From Bacteroidota bacterium (GTDB taxonomy: Bacteria; Bacteroidota; Bacteroidia; Bacteroidales; UBA10428), in NCBI GenBank assembly GCA_016699695.1, contig CP065006.1:3229435-3293434 (forward strand): a stretch of DNA of 64,000 nt, in the 5' to 3' direction. Positions 42,511 through 52,484 of the stretch are shown one piece after another. Made by a program: the position numbers and the translations under genes. How positions within the stretch are numbered: position 1 is the stretch's first letter; every line of letters starts with the position of its first letter. The notes under the pieces were generated by a model, which was not told where the DNA came from, did not search any database, and was given only the letters and a program-made list of their open reading frames with translations.

Positions 42511-44223
42511 ATGGGCATTTCTTTTCAAATTCAATTTGTATTTCTGTTATTCTCTATAATAACTGCTTCACCTGTTTTTTCCCAAACATTTCAATTGGTG
42601 CCCCCTCTCGATTTGCCATTGTATTTGTCTGGTAATTTTGGAGAATTGAGGAGTACCCATTTTCATGCAGGAATCGACATTAAAACAAATGGTACTATTG
42701 GTAAGCCTGTTTATGCCGTGCAATCGGGCTATGTATCGCGTGTTAAGGTGCAGTCTGGAGGCTATGGTCATGCGGTTTATATTACGCATGCCAACGGGTA
42801 TACCTCGGTTTATGCCCATATGGAAGAGTTTTATCCGGAATTGGAAGCTTACCTGCAAAACGAACAGTACCGGCGAAAATCTTACGAGATCGACCTGAAC
42901 TTGCCCGCAGACCTATTTGTTGTGAATCAGGGGCAGAAAATAGGCTTATCAGGAAATACTGGTCGTTCGGGAGGACCCCATTTGCATTTTGAGTTGCGCG
43001 ATTCGAGACAGGTGCCTTTGAATGGACTAAAATTCAATCTTCCTGTGAAAGATTCAATTCCTCCGGTATTTATGCGTTTGGCTGTTTACAGCCAGTTAGA
43101 TACCCTTACTTTTATCCCTGCCGACAAGCGCATGTATTCGGTTGCCGGATCAAACGGGACTTACTACACTTCCGGCACTATAAAAGTCGGAAGTGCCTCA
43201 GCGTTTGGAGTAGAAGTATATGATTATCTGAATGGTTCAAACAATAAATGTGGTATTTACGAACTTGAGTTTTTGCTGGATGATACCTTAATCTATTCTT
43301 TTACAATCGACAAGATCAGCTTTGATGAGTCGCGTTTTATCAAATCTCACCTCGATTACGCTGAGAAAATGTTGAACGACCGATACGTTCACCGATTATT
43401 CTCCGAAACCAATAACCAACTTTCGATTTACAATAAAGTTCGGGATGGCGGAGTTGTAAGACTTAATAAAGACAGAACCTACAAGGCAAAGGTGCGTGTT
43501 ACCGATGTGTACCAAAACAAATCGGAACTCAATTTTAAATTGGCACTGGCTGACGATATCCCTAATACACCTTCCGATACAGGCAATGTTTATATCAGTT
43601 GTAAGCAGGAAAAGACTTATCAAAATGAATATTTCTCGCTGTATTTTCCTTCAAATGCACTTTTTTCAGATAAATGGGTATCCTTTATCAGCATTCCATA
43701 CCCCACTCAGTCTTTCTCCGATATTATTGTGGTAGGCGATGAGCTCGTTGCCTTAAATAAACAACCAGAATTATCGCTTTCTGTAACACGGCCGCTCAAT
43801 GGTATGTTGCCAGAGAAACTTTTGTTGGCACAAATTGACGAGAAAGGAGAGCTGGAATCCCTTGGAGGAAGGTATCAGTCAGGTAGGGTAATAGCTTCCA
43901 TAAGCAAGTTCGGCAAATACCTTGTGGTCTGCGATACCTTGTCGCCAGAGATTATTCCACTTTCATTCATCAACGGGGGCCGTTACAAGGCTGGCGATAT
44001 GCTGTCGTTTATTATATCCGACAACCTATCGGGAATTAAAACCTACAATGCCTATGTCGATGGGAATTGGGTCTTATTCCGTTTCGATGCAAAAACAGGT
44101 ACCTTTAGTTGCAAGCTGGACAAGAAAAGGATTGCTAACTTGAATGAACCTCATAAGCTCGAAATTTATGTGCTCGACGAGCGTAATAACCTGGCCAAGT
44201 ATTCAGCCTCTTTTTATTTCTAA
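42511..44223 (+). CDS. M23-family metallopeptidase (peptidoglycan endopeptidase-like)
   Basis: 570-aa ORF with a signal peptide. M23 motifs are HFHAGIDI, GYGHAVYITH and GGPHLHFELR, and a long C-terminal extension follows. Confidence 0.85.
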   Translation: MGISFQIQFVFLLFSIITASPVFSQTFQLVPPLDLPLYLSGNFGELRSTHFHAGIDIKTNGTIGKPVYAVQSGYVSRVKVQSGGYGHAVYITHANGYTSVYAHMEEFYPELEAYLQNEQYRRKSYEIDLNLPADLFVVNQGQKIGLSGNTGRSGGPHLHFELRDSRQVPLNGLKFNLPVKDSIPPVFMRLAVYSQLDTLTFIPADKRMYSVAGSNGTYYTSGTIKVGSASAFGVEVYDYLNGSNNKCGIYELEFLLDDTLIYSFTIDKISFDESRFIKSHLDYAEKMLNDRYVHRLFSETNNQLSIYNKVRDGGVVRLNKDRTYKAKVRVTDVYQNKSELNFKLALADDIPNTPSDTGNVYISCKQEKTYQNEYFSLYFPSNALFSDKWVSFISIPYPTQSFSDIIVVGDELVALNKQPELSLSVTRPLNGMLPEKLLLAQIDEKGELESLGGRYQSGRVIASISKFGKYLVVCDTLSPEIIPLSFINGGRYKAGDMLSFIISDNLSGIKTYNAYVDGNWVLFRFDAKTGTFSCKLDKKRIANLNEPHKLEIYVLDERNNLAKYSASFYF

Positions 44224-44226
44224 TTT

Positions 44227-45297
44227 ATGATTGCGAAAAAACATGATCACCGCGTTCTTGGCATGATGTCTGGTACCAGTCTTGACGGTCTGGACCTTGT
44301 AGTGTGTCATTTCGAAAGAAAAAGAAAAGGCTGGAAATACGAAACAATAGTTTCTAAAACAATTTCCTATCCGGTTGGAATACAAGCAGAACTTAAAAGT
44401 GTGTTTAATCAGGATGCAAACACCCTTGCCGCCTTGCACGCATCTCTTGGCAGGTTCATGGGACAGGAGGCTAAACGTTTTCTGTCTGATACCAAATCGC
44501 AGGTTGATTTTATTTCTTCTCACGGCCATACTATCTTTCATGCACCCGATAAGGGGTATACCCTGCAAATTGGCAACGGTGCTGAGATTGCGGTCGCTAC
44601 CGATAAAATCGTGGTTTGCGATTTCCGTTCGACTGATGTAGCAAGAGGCGGTCAAGGTGCTCCTTTGGTGCCTGTTGGCGATAAGCTTCTTTTTAGTGAA
44701 TTCGATGCCTGCCTCAACCTTGGTGGCTTTGCCAATGTTTCATACGACCGCTCCGATGGGGTAAGGATTGCTTTTGACATCTGCCCTGTGAATATTGTGC
44801 TGAACAAGCTGGCTAATTCCCTCGGCCATCCTTACGATTCGAATGGAGACCTTGCCCAAACGGGGCAATTATTGCCTGATCTGTTGGAGAAGCTAAATAA
44901 TCTGGACTATTACAAAGCAACATTTCCGAAATCACTCGGGCTCGAATGGGTTCATACCAACATCTTACCTTTGTTAATAGGAACTCATACTGCAAAAGAC
45001 CTGCTGCGAACATTTACTATGCATGCTGCGCAGCAGATTGCTCAAACTTTAAATGAAGGTCCCGGAAAAACTGTGCTTGTAACCGGAGGGGGAGCATACA
45101 ACGGTTTTTTGCTTGATCAGGTCAAACTCCTTTGCCATAAAGAACTGGTAATTCCGACGAATACCCTGATTGAAATGAAAGAAGCGGTAATTTTTGCTTT
45201 CCTAGGTCTTTTGCGCCTCGAAGGGAAGGTAAATACTTTGGCCAGTGTAACCGGTGCCTGGAACAATTCAGTATCAGGTGCTGTTTATTTACCATAA
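44227..45297 (+). CDS. anmK: anhydro-N-acetylmuramic acid kinase
   Basis: 356-aa ORF with GMMSGTSLDGLD at the N-terminus, plus GGQGAPLVP and TGGGAYN motifs. Confidence 0.92.
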   Translation: MIAKKHDHRVLGMMSGTSLDGLDLVVCHFERKRKGWKYETIVSKTISYPVGIQAELKSVFNQDANTLAALHASLGRFMGQEAKRFLSDTKSQVDFISSHGHTIFHAPDKGYTLQIGNGAEIAVATDKIVVCDFRSTDVARGGQGAPLVPVGDKLLFSEFDACLNLGGFANVSYDRSDGVRIAFDICPVNIVLNKLANSLGHPYDSNGDLAQTGQLLPDLLEKLNNLDYYKATFPKSLGLEWVHTNILPLLIGTHTAKDLLRTFTMHAAQQIAQTLNEGPGKTVLVTGGGAYNGFLLDQVKLLCHKELVIPTNTLIEMKEAVIFAFLGLLRLEGKVNTLASVTGAWNNSVSGAVYLP

Positions 45298-45413
45298 ATT
45301 AAACACAGTAAAATTCAAGTTGTATGAATGCCGGTATATGACGATTATTAGCATTTTTGCAATGCAAATAGTTTTTTTTTGCCATATTCAGATATAACTT
45401 AAATTACCATAGA

Positions 45414-47048
45414 ATGAAAAGAATAATAATTATTGCCTTGCTGTTTGCGGGATATGCAACAACAAAGGCATGTACTAACTTTTTAGTTACAAAAGGAGCT
45501 TCTTCCGATGGATCAACCATGATAACCTATGCAGCTGACTCGCATGTATTGTTTGGTGAATTGTACTTTTACCCTGCAGCCAAATACGGTGCCACGGATT
45601 CGCTCGAGATTTACGAATGGGATACAGGAAAATATTTAGGTAAAATTAAACAGGCTCCTGAAACATACAAGGTAGTTGGCAACATCAACGAACACCAGCT
45701 TGCTATTGGCGAAACGACTTATGGCGGCAGACCTGAACTGATTGACACAACCGGGGTAATCGACTACGGAAGTCTGATGTACATTACCCTTCAACGAGCC
45801 AAAACAGCACGCGAGGCCATTCAGATTATTGGTGAATTGCTTGCGACCTATGGTTATTACAGCAGTGGGGAGTCATTCTCTATTGCCGACCCTAACGAGG
45901 TATGGATTATGGAAATGATAGGAAAAGGTGTAGGAAACAAAGGTGCTGTTTGGGTGGCACAACGCATTCCGGATGGTTATATCAGCGGTCATGCGAACCA
46001 GGCACGTATTACCCAGTTTCCTATCAATGACCCTGAAAACTGTTTGTATGCACCCGATGTAATTAGCTTTGCAAAAGAAAAAGCTTATTACCAGGGTCCT
46101 GATAGTTTGTTTAGTTTCTCCGATGCTTATGCTCCGGTTGATTTTGGCGGTGCACGTTTTTGCGATGCGCGCGTTTATGCAGGTTTTAATAAAGTAAATT
46201 CCGGCATGAAAGCTTATGAGGATTATGCCATGGGGCACAACCTCCAAAACCGTATGCCACTTTGGGTAAAGCCGGACAAAAAACTTAACGTGAGCGATGT
46301 AATGGGCATGATGCGCGATTATTACCAGGGAACTCCTATGGACATGACCCAGGATATCGGTGCCGGTGCCAATGCCTGCATCGTGCGCTGGCGCCCTCTT
46401 ACCTGGGAGGTTGATGGTAAAACATATTTCAATGAAAGAGCCATTTCAACACAACAAACAGGATTTTCTTTTGTGGCACAAATGCGCAGTTGGTTACCCA
46501 ATCCAGTGGGTGGCATTTTATGGTTTGGTGTAGACGATACTTATAGCACGGTTTACACACCTGTTTATTGCGGAACCAATGGGGTGCCTCATGCATTTGC
46601 AGTAGGAAATGGCTCTATGATGAAATTCAGCGATGAATCGGCGTTTTGGATTTTTAACATGGTATCGAATCTGGCTTACACACGCTACAACCTGATGTTG
46701 CCTTTTATTCAGGACAAACAATCGAGGCTCGAACAAAGCTTTATCGAAAGTGTGAAAGTAATGGATGCCCGTTATCTGGCAACCAAAAAGGAAAAAGAAC
46801 AAGCCGAATTGCTAACAAACTTCACGCTCGAAGCTGGAAACCAAACGCTTAACGAATGGAAATCGCTTTACCAGTTTTTATTTGTGCGATTTATGGATGG
46901 CAATGTTAAGAGTGAAGTGCCAGTTCCGGAAGGTTATAAATATGTAACACCTAAACTAGAACAACCCGGATACAGCGAGGCCTGGTACAAGAAAGTAGCC
47001 GAAGATACCGGCGAACGTCTGAAAGTACCGGAAGGCAGCGGACATTAA
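45414..47048 (+). CDS. C69-family dipeptidase
   Basis: 544-aa ORF with a signal peptide ending at ...TKA followed by CTNFLVTKGAS, the N-terminal nucleophile Cys pattern of peptidase family C69. Confidence 0.8.
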   Translation: MKRIIIIALLFAGYATTKACTNFLVTKGASSDGSTMITYAADSHVLFGELYFYPAAKYGATDSLEIYEWDTGKYLGKIKQAPETYKVVGNINEHQLAIGETTYGGRPELIDTTGVIDYGSLMYITLQRAKTAREAIQIIGELLATYGYYSSGESFSIADPNEVWIMEMIGKGVGNKGAVWVAQRIPDGYISGHANQARITQFPINDPENCLYAPDVISFAKEKAYYQGPDSLFSFSDAYAPVDFGGARFCDARVYAGFNKVNSGMKAYEDYAMGHNLQNRMPLWVKPDKKLNVSDVMGMMRDYYQGTPMDMTQDIGAGANACIVRWRPLTWEVDGKTYFNERAISTQQTGFSFVAQMRSWLPNPVGGILWFGVDDTYSTVYTPVYCGTNGVPHAFAVGNGSMMKFSDESAFWIFNMVSNLAYTRYNLMLPFIQDKQSRLEQSFIESVKVMDARYLATKKEKEQAELLTNFTLEAGNQTLNEWKSLYQFLFVRFMDGNVKSEVPVPEGYKYVTPKLEQPGYSEAWYKKVAEDTGERLKVPEGSGH

Positions 47049-47173
47049 AACAAGGGTTGGATCGAAAATAAAAAAAACAAAAGATTTAAGCTTCGCAGCG
47101 ATACATTATTGAAAATATTTTACTAATATTGCGACCTGAAAAATCGGGGTGTAACCAATAAATATCTATTCAG

Positions 47174-47533
47174 ATGGATTTACTTAAAGTAGCTGAGAGT
47201 CATTTTACTGTTGAAAAAGAGGTTCCGGAATTTGCAGCCGGCGATACCATAACTGTTCATTACAAAATTAAAGAAGGTAATAAAGAACGCGTGCAGCAAT
47301 ATCGTGGCGTTGTTATTCAACGTAAAGGTACTGGCATTAAAGAAACATTTACCGTTCGGAAGATGTCAGGCAATATTGGTGTAGAGCGTATTTTTCCTCT
47401 TGCTTCACCTTTTATCGACAAAATTGAGGTGAATAAACACGGACGTGTACGGAGGGCCAGAATTTTCTATTTCCGCGAACTTACTGGTAAAAAGGCCCGT
47501 ATTCAGGAACGTAAAGTGGTTAAAAAAGCTTAA
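47174..47533 (+). CDS. rplS: 50S ribosomal protein L19
   Basis: 119-aa [47 protein letters not shown] is the L19 signature. Confidence 0.97.
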   Translation: MDLLKVAESHFTVEKEVPEFAAGDTITVHYKIKEGNKERVQQYRGVVIQRKGTGIKETFTVRKMSGNIGVERIFPLASPFIDKIEVNKHGRVRRARIFYFRELTGKKARIQERKVVKKA

Positions 47534-47554
47534 TCTAATCTCACAACATAGAAA

Positions 47555-47586
47555 AAGCCGTTCGGTATCCGAACGGCTTTTTTTGT
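47555..47586 (+). terminator. rho-independent terminator of rplS
   Basis: An 11-bp stem pairs aagccgttcgg with ccgaacggctt, with loop tat and a T-run. An A-run on the left makes it potentially bidirectional for the convergent AsmA gene. Confidence 0.85.
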
Positions 47587-47631
47587 TACATCGCCTAAGG
47601 ATAAGCTCCTAGCGAATCTTATTCCGGGGGC

Positions 47632-50400
47632 TTATTTCAGCAATTGATCTGCTTTTGCCTGAGCCTCGTCAAGCACTTTCTGGGCCTTCGTGTCGGCCTC
47701 TGACTCTATTTGCTGGGCTTTTTTCTCTCCTTCAGACTTAATTTTTGTTGCCGAGGCTTCTGCTGCTTTTTTCGCAATTGGGTTGGTTGCTTGTTTTACA
47801 AGCTTATCGGCATTAGCGTTGGATTCGGCTCTCACCAAATCTGCTGCTTTTTTTGCTTCGCTGCGAATAGTAGCAGCCTGGGTCTCCGCTTGTTTCATGA
47901 TTTTGTCGGCTTCTGCTTTTGCCTGTGCTTTAGCTTCGTCCTTTTTGGTGTCGAGCTCCTTGGTAGCAGCTGCTTTTAAAGCCTCTTTAGTGCCTCCAAG
48001 CATTTCTTTCATATCAATTTTTACATTGGGCTTAGCCATATCACCTGTAAGGCGAGCAACCAGATTAACCTCTTCGGAGGTGGCCAGGTCGATTCCTTTG
48101 TCAGCTGCGAGATTGCTTACGGCAGCATTGCTGGTACCCAGCAAAGACCTTGGAATAGCCATGCTAATGCCATAGTTGATAGTTTTGTCAATGCCCTGTT
48201 CGCCGGCAATAATTAATTTGGATTTTCCCAGCTTGGTTTCGAAGGGGTTGACAAACAATTTTCCTGCTCTGATCTCGAAATCGAATAAAAGGTCGGTTAA
48301 CTCCATGTTGTTAAAGGCATCGGAGTTGAGTTGTTTGCCAATTGCATTGAAGGCATTGGAGCTTTTAATGCCAATTTTGTTCGATCCCAGATTTCCGCTT
48401 GCTACGATGGAGTTCATTACGGGGTTCATAGTTTTGTCGAGGAAACTGCTCATTTCCATATCCACAGATATATTGCCAGTAGCCTTTGAAGCAATAGGGG
48501 CAATAACTCCAATAAAATCGAAAGCAGCAAAAGTTTTTGGAATGTCGATCTGTTTTGCCTGGAATTTAAAATCGAATAGTGGGTTGGCTATATCTTGTGT
48601 GCTGTATTCGCCACTTAATAAGAGCGATCCTCCCAGGGTATTCATCTGGAGCTTTTCCATCACAACTTTTCCGTCGCGAATGTAAATACTTCCAATAAGC
48701 TGATCGATTTCAAGTTTGTCGTAATAAACTTTGTTGATTACTGAGGCAAATGTAAAATTGATGTTGGTTGGTACTTCGAATACCTCCATGGCTGCTGTAT
48801 CTTCCAATTCAGCACTTTCTTCTGTGGTTTCGGTACCCATCAGCTCGTTGAGGTCGAGTGTATTGGATTGCAACGAAAGATTGCCACTGATTATCCCGTC
48901 GTTAAGTACATAGGGCAGGTAATTGCTCACCTTTCCCTGCAGAGCAAAATCGCTTTTGCCCATGGTGGCGTTAAAACTATTCAAAGCCATGAATTGTGGA
49001 GAGAACTCGAGGTTGGCTGTTGCTATGCCAAAGGCTTTGGGTAAATCGGACGAATTGTATTTAAAATCATTGATGAGCACTTTACCCTGAGCTTTGAAAT
49101 CTTCGTATTTTTCTTGTTCCAGTAGTGAGAGATTTCCCATCATGTCCAAATCGATATCTACTTTTCCTTTCAACTCTGTATCTTCCAAGGGTATCAGATC
49201 AGAGAATGATTCTAAATCAAGTTTGGCAATCATTCGGGCATTGATAAAGGGATCGCTGATGGGTGTTCGGAGGTTTAGTGTCATATCAATTGGATTGCCC
49301 CCAAATTCGATATGAAAACGGTTTACATCCACAGTGGTATTGTCCATCTGCCGGCCATCGTAGAAATAGTCCACATCGATATGGATGTTGTCGGCTGCTT
49401 TGGGCAGGTCGGGGTAACGAAACATGGCATTTTGCACGGTAAGTTTACCCTTTACATCGGGTGTAACCTCTTCGCCCAGCGGTCCACTGATGCTTCCGTT
49501 GAGGGCGAGTTTACCACTGGTTTGAAGCTCGGCATAGTCGCGCATGTAAATAGCAGGAACCAGTGAAAGTAGAGTTTTAAAGTCGGTGTTACTGGTAGCA
49601 TAAGTCATGTCGAGGAGCATGTCGCTGCTGTCTGGCATTTCCACACGCCCGTCGAGTGTAAGCACAAAGTCGTTGAGTGCGAAACTATTTTGTTGAAGCA
49701 CATAAATGTTTTCGGTAAGGTTTGCATCCACATTCATATCAATGTTTAGAGCTACATCGCGCAGGTAACGAATGCCGTCCATTACAAAGCAGAGTTTTTT
49801 TGTTTTTGATTGAATCAGCAGGGTGGAGAATTGTTGCGAAAAATCACCCTTCAGGTTAAAGTTGAAATCTTCCAGAGAGGCCATCATCTTGGCTTCATGG
49901 TCGTTGTAAATAATCCTGGCGTGGTTGATTTGAAAACTTTTTAGCGATATTTTGGCATTGAACTCTGTTGCTGAAGTATCGATAACTTCAGGCTCTTCGG
50001 TAGTTTCTTTGGCTATATCCCAGTTGGCTTGCCCATTTTCCAACACAAGCGCCTGCACAAAAGGCTGGTTGATGGCTATCTTTTTTACTTCGATGTTTTC
50101 CATCTTTATGGCACTGATCACATGCACAGCCACGTCGAAGGATTCGATATAAATTAAAGTGTCGCCTTCAAATGGTTCGATGCCTACTACGCATAAATCT
50201 TGGATGCTGGCGCTCAGGTATGGAAACTGTTTGAAAAAAGAGAGCTTAATATCACTAAATGATCCCTTTGCATTGATGTTGGCATTAATCTGTTCGTGCG
50301 CAACTTTAATGATTTTACCCTTGAACAATACTGGTGATACCAACATCACCAATAGAACGAAAAGCACAAAATAAAAGAGGAATTTTAAGATTTTTTTCAT
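47632..50400 (-). CDS. AsmA-family outer-membrane biogenesis protein with an Ala/Lys/Glu-rich C-terminal tail
   Basis: 922-aa ORF with an N-terminal TM anchor (ILKFLFYFVLFVLLVMLVSPVLF) and a long beta-rich AsmA-like body. The last roughly 120 aa are amphipathic low complexity (KAQAKAEADKIMKQAETQAATIRSEAKKAADL...). Confidence 0.75.
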   Translation of the reverse strand: MKKILKFLFYFVLFVLLVMLVSPVLFKGKIIKVAHEQINANINAKGSFSDIKLSFFKQFPYLSASIQDLCVVGIEPFEGDTLIYIESFDVAVHVISAIKMENIEVKKIAINQPFVQALVLENGQANWDIAKETTEEPEVIDTSATEFNAKISLKSFQINHARIIYNDHEAKMMASLEDFNFNLKGDFSQQFSTLLIQSKTKKLCFVMDGIRYLRDVALNIDMNVDANLTENIYVLQQNSFALNDFVLTLDGRVEMPDSSDMLLDMTYATSNTDFKTLLSLVPAIYMRDYAELQTSGKLALNGSISGPLGEEVTPDVKGKLTVQNAMFRYPDLPKAADNIHIDVDYFYDGRQMDNTTVDVNRFHIEFGGNPIDMTLNLRTPISDPFINARMIAKLDLESFSDLIPLEDTELKGKVDIDLDMMGNLSLLEQEKYEDFKAQGKVLINDFKYNSSDLPKAFGIATANLEFSPQFMALNSFNATMGKSDFALQGKVSNYLPYVLNDGIISGNLSLQSNTLDLNELMGTETTEESAELEDTAAMEVFEVPTNINFTFASVINKVYYDKLEIDQLIGSIYIRDGKVVMEKLQMNTLGGSLLLSGEYSTQDIANPLFDFKFQAKQIDIPKTFAAFDFIGVIAPIASKATGNISVDMEMSSFLDKTMNPVMNSIVASGNLGSNKIGIKSSNAFNAIGKQLNSDAFNNMELTDLLFDFEIRAGKLFVNPFETKLGKSKLIIAGEQGIDKTINYGISMAIPRSLLGTSNAAVSNLAADKGIDLATSEEVNLVARLTGDMAKPNVKIDMKEMLGGTKEALKAAATKELDTKKDEAKAQAKAEADKIMKQAETQAATIRSEAKKAADLVRAESNANADKLVKQATNPIAKKAAEASATKIKSEGEKKAQQIESEADTKAQKVLDEAQAKADQLLK

Positions 50401-50433
50401 GGTGTCAGGCTTGTTATGTTTTTTCGAACAAGT

Positions 50434-50441
50434 TAAGTTTG
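50434..50441 (+). promoter_or_regulatory. Bacteroidota sigma-A -7 box (TAnnTTTG)
   Basis: TAAGTTTG lies 154 nt upstream of the ATG at 50596. This implies a long CA-rich leader, so confidence is low. Confidence 0.3.
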
Positions 50442-50595
50442 CTAACTTTCAATTGTGTTGAGAAATATATCCTTAAAAATACCAAATCGGCAGATACTAT
50501 CGTTAAATTAATGTAAAAAAGTTAAAATATGTACCAATAGCTATAACATTTTCAAAACCAACCACGTAACTACCACTAACAAACCAAACTACTCC

Positions 50596-52194
50596 ATGCC
50601 TCAGAGTCAAACCACACGTCTCGACCTGCTTACACATTTAAGCGAGGAAGAATTGTTATTCAAAGGAATTATTGAAATTTCCGACGAAGCCATTTTCATT
50701 ATCAATCTGGAAAAATTTGTGATTGCCGATTGCAACCAGGCAGCCCTTAAGTTGTTTGAGGCTGAATCAAAGAACGAACTGGTTGATCTGGCAATTAACC
50801 GACTTTACAATCATGAGCCTCTGAATCTGGGCAACCATCGCCTTAAAGATGAGCTTGTTAATAATTCCAATTACTCGCACGAATTATCCTTTAAAACCCG
50901 AAAACAAAATGTGTTTTGGGGAAGGATGACGCAGAAAATCTTGCCATTCTCACATCCAGACTATGCTCTCATAAAAATCGCAAAATCGGCCAATTATCTT
51001 CGCGAAGAAGATTGGTTAGGTGAAGTGTTGCGGGTTACTTCCAAGGTAACAGGCCGACAGTTTTTTAAGGAGCTTACCAAGTTTTTATGCCACACTTTTA
51101 ATGCCAAAGCCGCTTTTATTGCCCGTCGGGTGGCCGAAAATGACTCTCAACTTAAAGTTTTTTATTGGTATGGCGAAGATATTAAAACCTATTTTATTAC
51201 AATCAAAGACTCGGTAATTGAAAATATTCTAAGGGGTTATACTTCTTTTTATCCGCAAGCCTTAGAGAAATTATTTCCTAACGATTCGTTGGTAAAGGAG
51301 ACTTCGGCCAGAAGCTTTATCGGGGCTCCTGTTTTCGATATCAGTGGCCAGGCTTTTGGTGTGATTGGGGTGTTGAGCCAGGATAGTATGGAAGAATTAC
51401 CAAATTCGCGCTATATGCTCAGTATACTCTCTTCAAGGGCAGCTTCTGAGATACAGCGAATTCGTTCCAAAGAATTACTCAGGCAGCAGACGCGTGAATT
51501 GGCAGAAATTAACCTGATGAAGGATAAACTTATTTCGGTTATTACCACCGACCTGCATGCCCCGCTGAGTACAATATTGGGTTATTCGGAAATGCTTCGA
51601 AACAAATCGCACCAGTATTCGGCTTCCGAGATGGCAGTTAAGATGAAGGCGATGGACAGCACTTTGCGTAACCTTTATGTGTTTCTTGAAAATCTGGCCG
51701 ATTGGAATAATCTTCAGCAAAACGAAATTCGTTGTCGTTTATCGACCAACAACCTGGCGAATATCTTTTCCGATACCAAGCCTTATTACGACTATTTGGC
51801 CGGTGTAAAAAGGGTAGCACTGCAGAACAAGGTTCCTTCGGCAATGAATATTATGGCCGACAGCAACCTGGTGCGCATTGCCATTCGAAATATTGCGGTT
51901 TACCTGATAAAAAACACCATGCATAAAGCATCTGTTATTTTCGATGCACGTGTGCAGGACGGCAAATGGTTTGTGGTATTGCAATCGGATAATTTTACTG
52001 CAGAACCCGAAGATGTGGAGTTTTGCCTGAATGCCAGGCCTCAGGAACTTTATAATGCCTCAAAAGCGTCCAGCGTGCCCGTGTTGGGTTTGTTTATTGC
52101 GCGAGAGTTTATAGCGCTTCAGGGAAGCCAGCTTAATTATAGATTCGATAAGAACAAGCTGGAAATCTATTTCGAGATCCATAAGTCCTTGTAG
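50596..52194 (+). CDS. PAS-GAF histidine-kinase-like protein with a degenerate ATP-binding domain
   Basis: 532-aa ORF with a PAS-like N-terminus (IIEISDEAIFIINLEKFVIADCNQAALKLF) and a GAF-like middle (FIGAPVFDISGQAFGVIGVLS). The H-box is TTDLHAPLSTILGYSEML. The C-terminal domain keeps an N-box-like IRNIAVYLIKNT but has no recognisable DxGxG or GxGxG boxes. Confidence 0.7.
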   Translation: MPQSQTTRLDLLTHLSEEELLFKGIIEISDEAIFIINLEKFVIADCNQAALKLFEAESKNELVDLAINRLYNHEPLNLGNHRLKDELVNNSNYSHELSFKTRKQNVFWGRMTQKILPFSHPDYALIKIAKSANYLREEDWLGEVLRVTSKVTGRQFFKELTKFLCHTFNAKAAFIARRVAENDSQLKVFYWYGEDIKTYFITIKDSVIENILRGYTSFYPQALEKLFPNDSLVKETSARSFIGAPVFDISGQAFGVIGVLSQDSMEELPNSRYMLSILSSRAASEIQRIRSKELLRQQTRELAEINLMKDKLISVITTDLHAPLSTILGYSEMLRNKSHQYSASEMAVKMKAMDSTLRNLYVFLENLADWNNLQQNEIRCRLSTNNLANIFSDTKPYYDYLAGVKRVALQNKVPSAMNIMADSNLVRIAIRNIAVYLIKNTMHKASVIFDARVQDGKWFVVLQSDNFTAEPEDVEFCLNARPQELYNASKASSVPVLGLFIAREFIALQGSQLNYRFDKNKLEIYFEIHKSL

Positions 52195-52297
52195 ACACTC
52201 TGCTCTGCTATGGATTGCATGAGTTAAAATTGTTTTATTGAGAGGTTTTTCTTGTTGAATAATCAACAATTGGGTTTACCATATCCAAAAAATAATT

Positions 52298-52305
52298 TAT
52301 ATTTG
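52298..52305 (+). promoter_or_regulatory. Bacteroidota sigma-A -7 box (TAnnTTTG) for the tRNA gene
   Basis: TATATTTG lies 12 nt upstream of tRNA position 1. Confidence 0.55.
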
Positions 52306-52317
52306 CACTCCCAATTT

Positions 52318-52391
52318 GGACCTGTAGCTTAATTGGATAGAGCATCTGACTACGGATCAGAAGGTTAGGGGTTCGACTCCCTTCAGGTTCA
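52318..52391 (+). tRNA. tRNA-Arg (anticodon ACG)
   Basis: The manual cloverleaf is: acceptor GGACCUG/CAGGUUC, D-arm GCUU-AAUUGGAUA-GAGC, anticodon arm UCUGA-CUACGGA-UCAGA (anticodon ACG), variable AGGUU, T-arm AGGGG-UUCGACU-CCCUU, discriminator A. It is 74 nt with no encoded CCA. Confidence 0.93.
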
Positions 52392-52397
52392 CATAAA

Positions 52398-52435
52398 AAA
52401 AGGTTAATCGTTTACCGGTTAACCTTTTGTTTTTC
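52398..52435 (+). terminator. rho-independent terminator after the tRNA
   Basis: The stem pairs aaaaggttaa with ttaacctttt around an 11-12 nt loop (12 by coordinates), followed by ttttgttttt. Confidence 0.6.
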
Positions 52436-52484
52436 ACCATTTTTCTCCTGTTAAAGGAACCCCATTCTCTGTAAATGATTGGTG

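Noticed and set aside
47690-50374. A series of plus-strand ORFs (161, 89, 169, 84, 73, 71 aa and others) antisense to the AsmA gene. Similar antisense ORFs lie inside atpE (5024..5562), aroG (55158..55569), the CHAT gene, the kinases and others.
   Set aside because: These are shadow ORFs on the opposite strand of long, well-supported genes. Their translations are low complexity (Ser/Ala/Phe/Leu-rich) and lack motifs.
52318-52484. The tRNA-Arg gene as an integration hotspot for a genomic island.
   Set aside because: No integrase is present, I could see no duplicated tRNA 3' end downstream, and there are no phage or transposon genes. The flanking genes are ordinary two-component genes.
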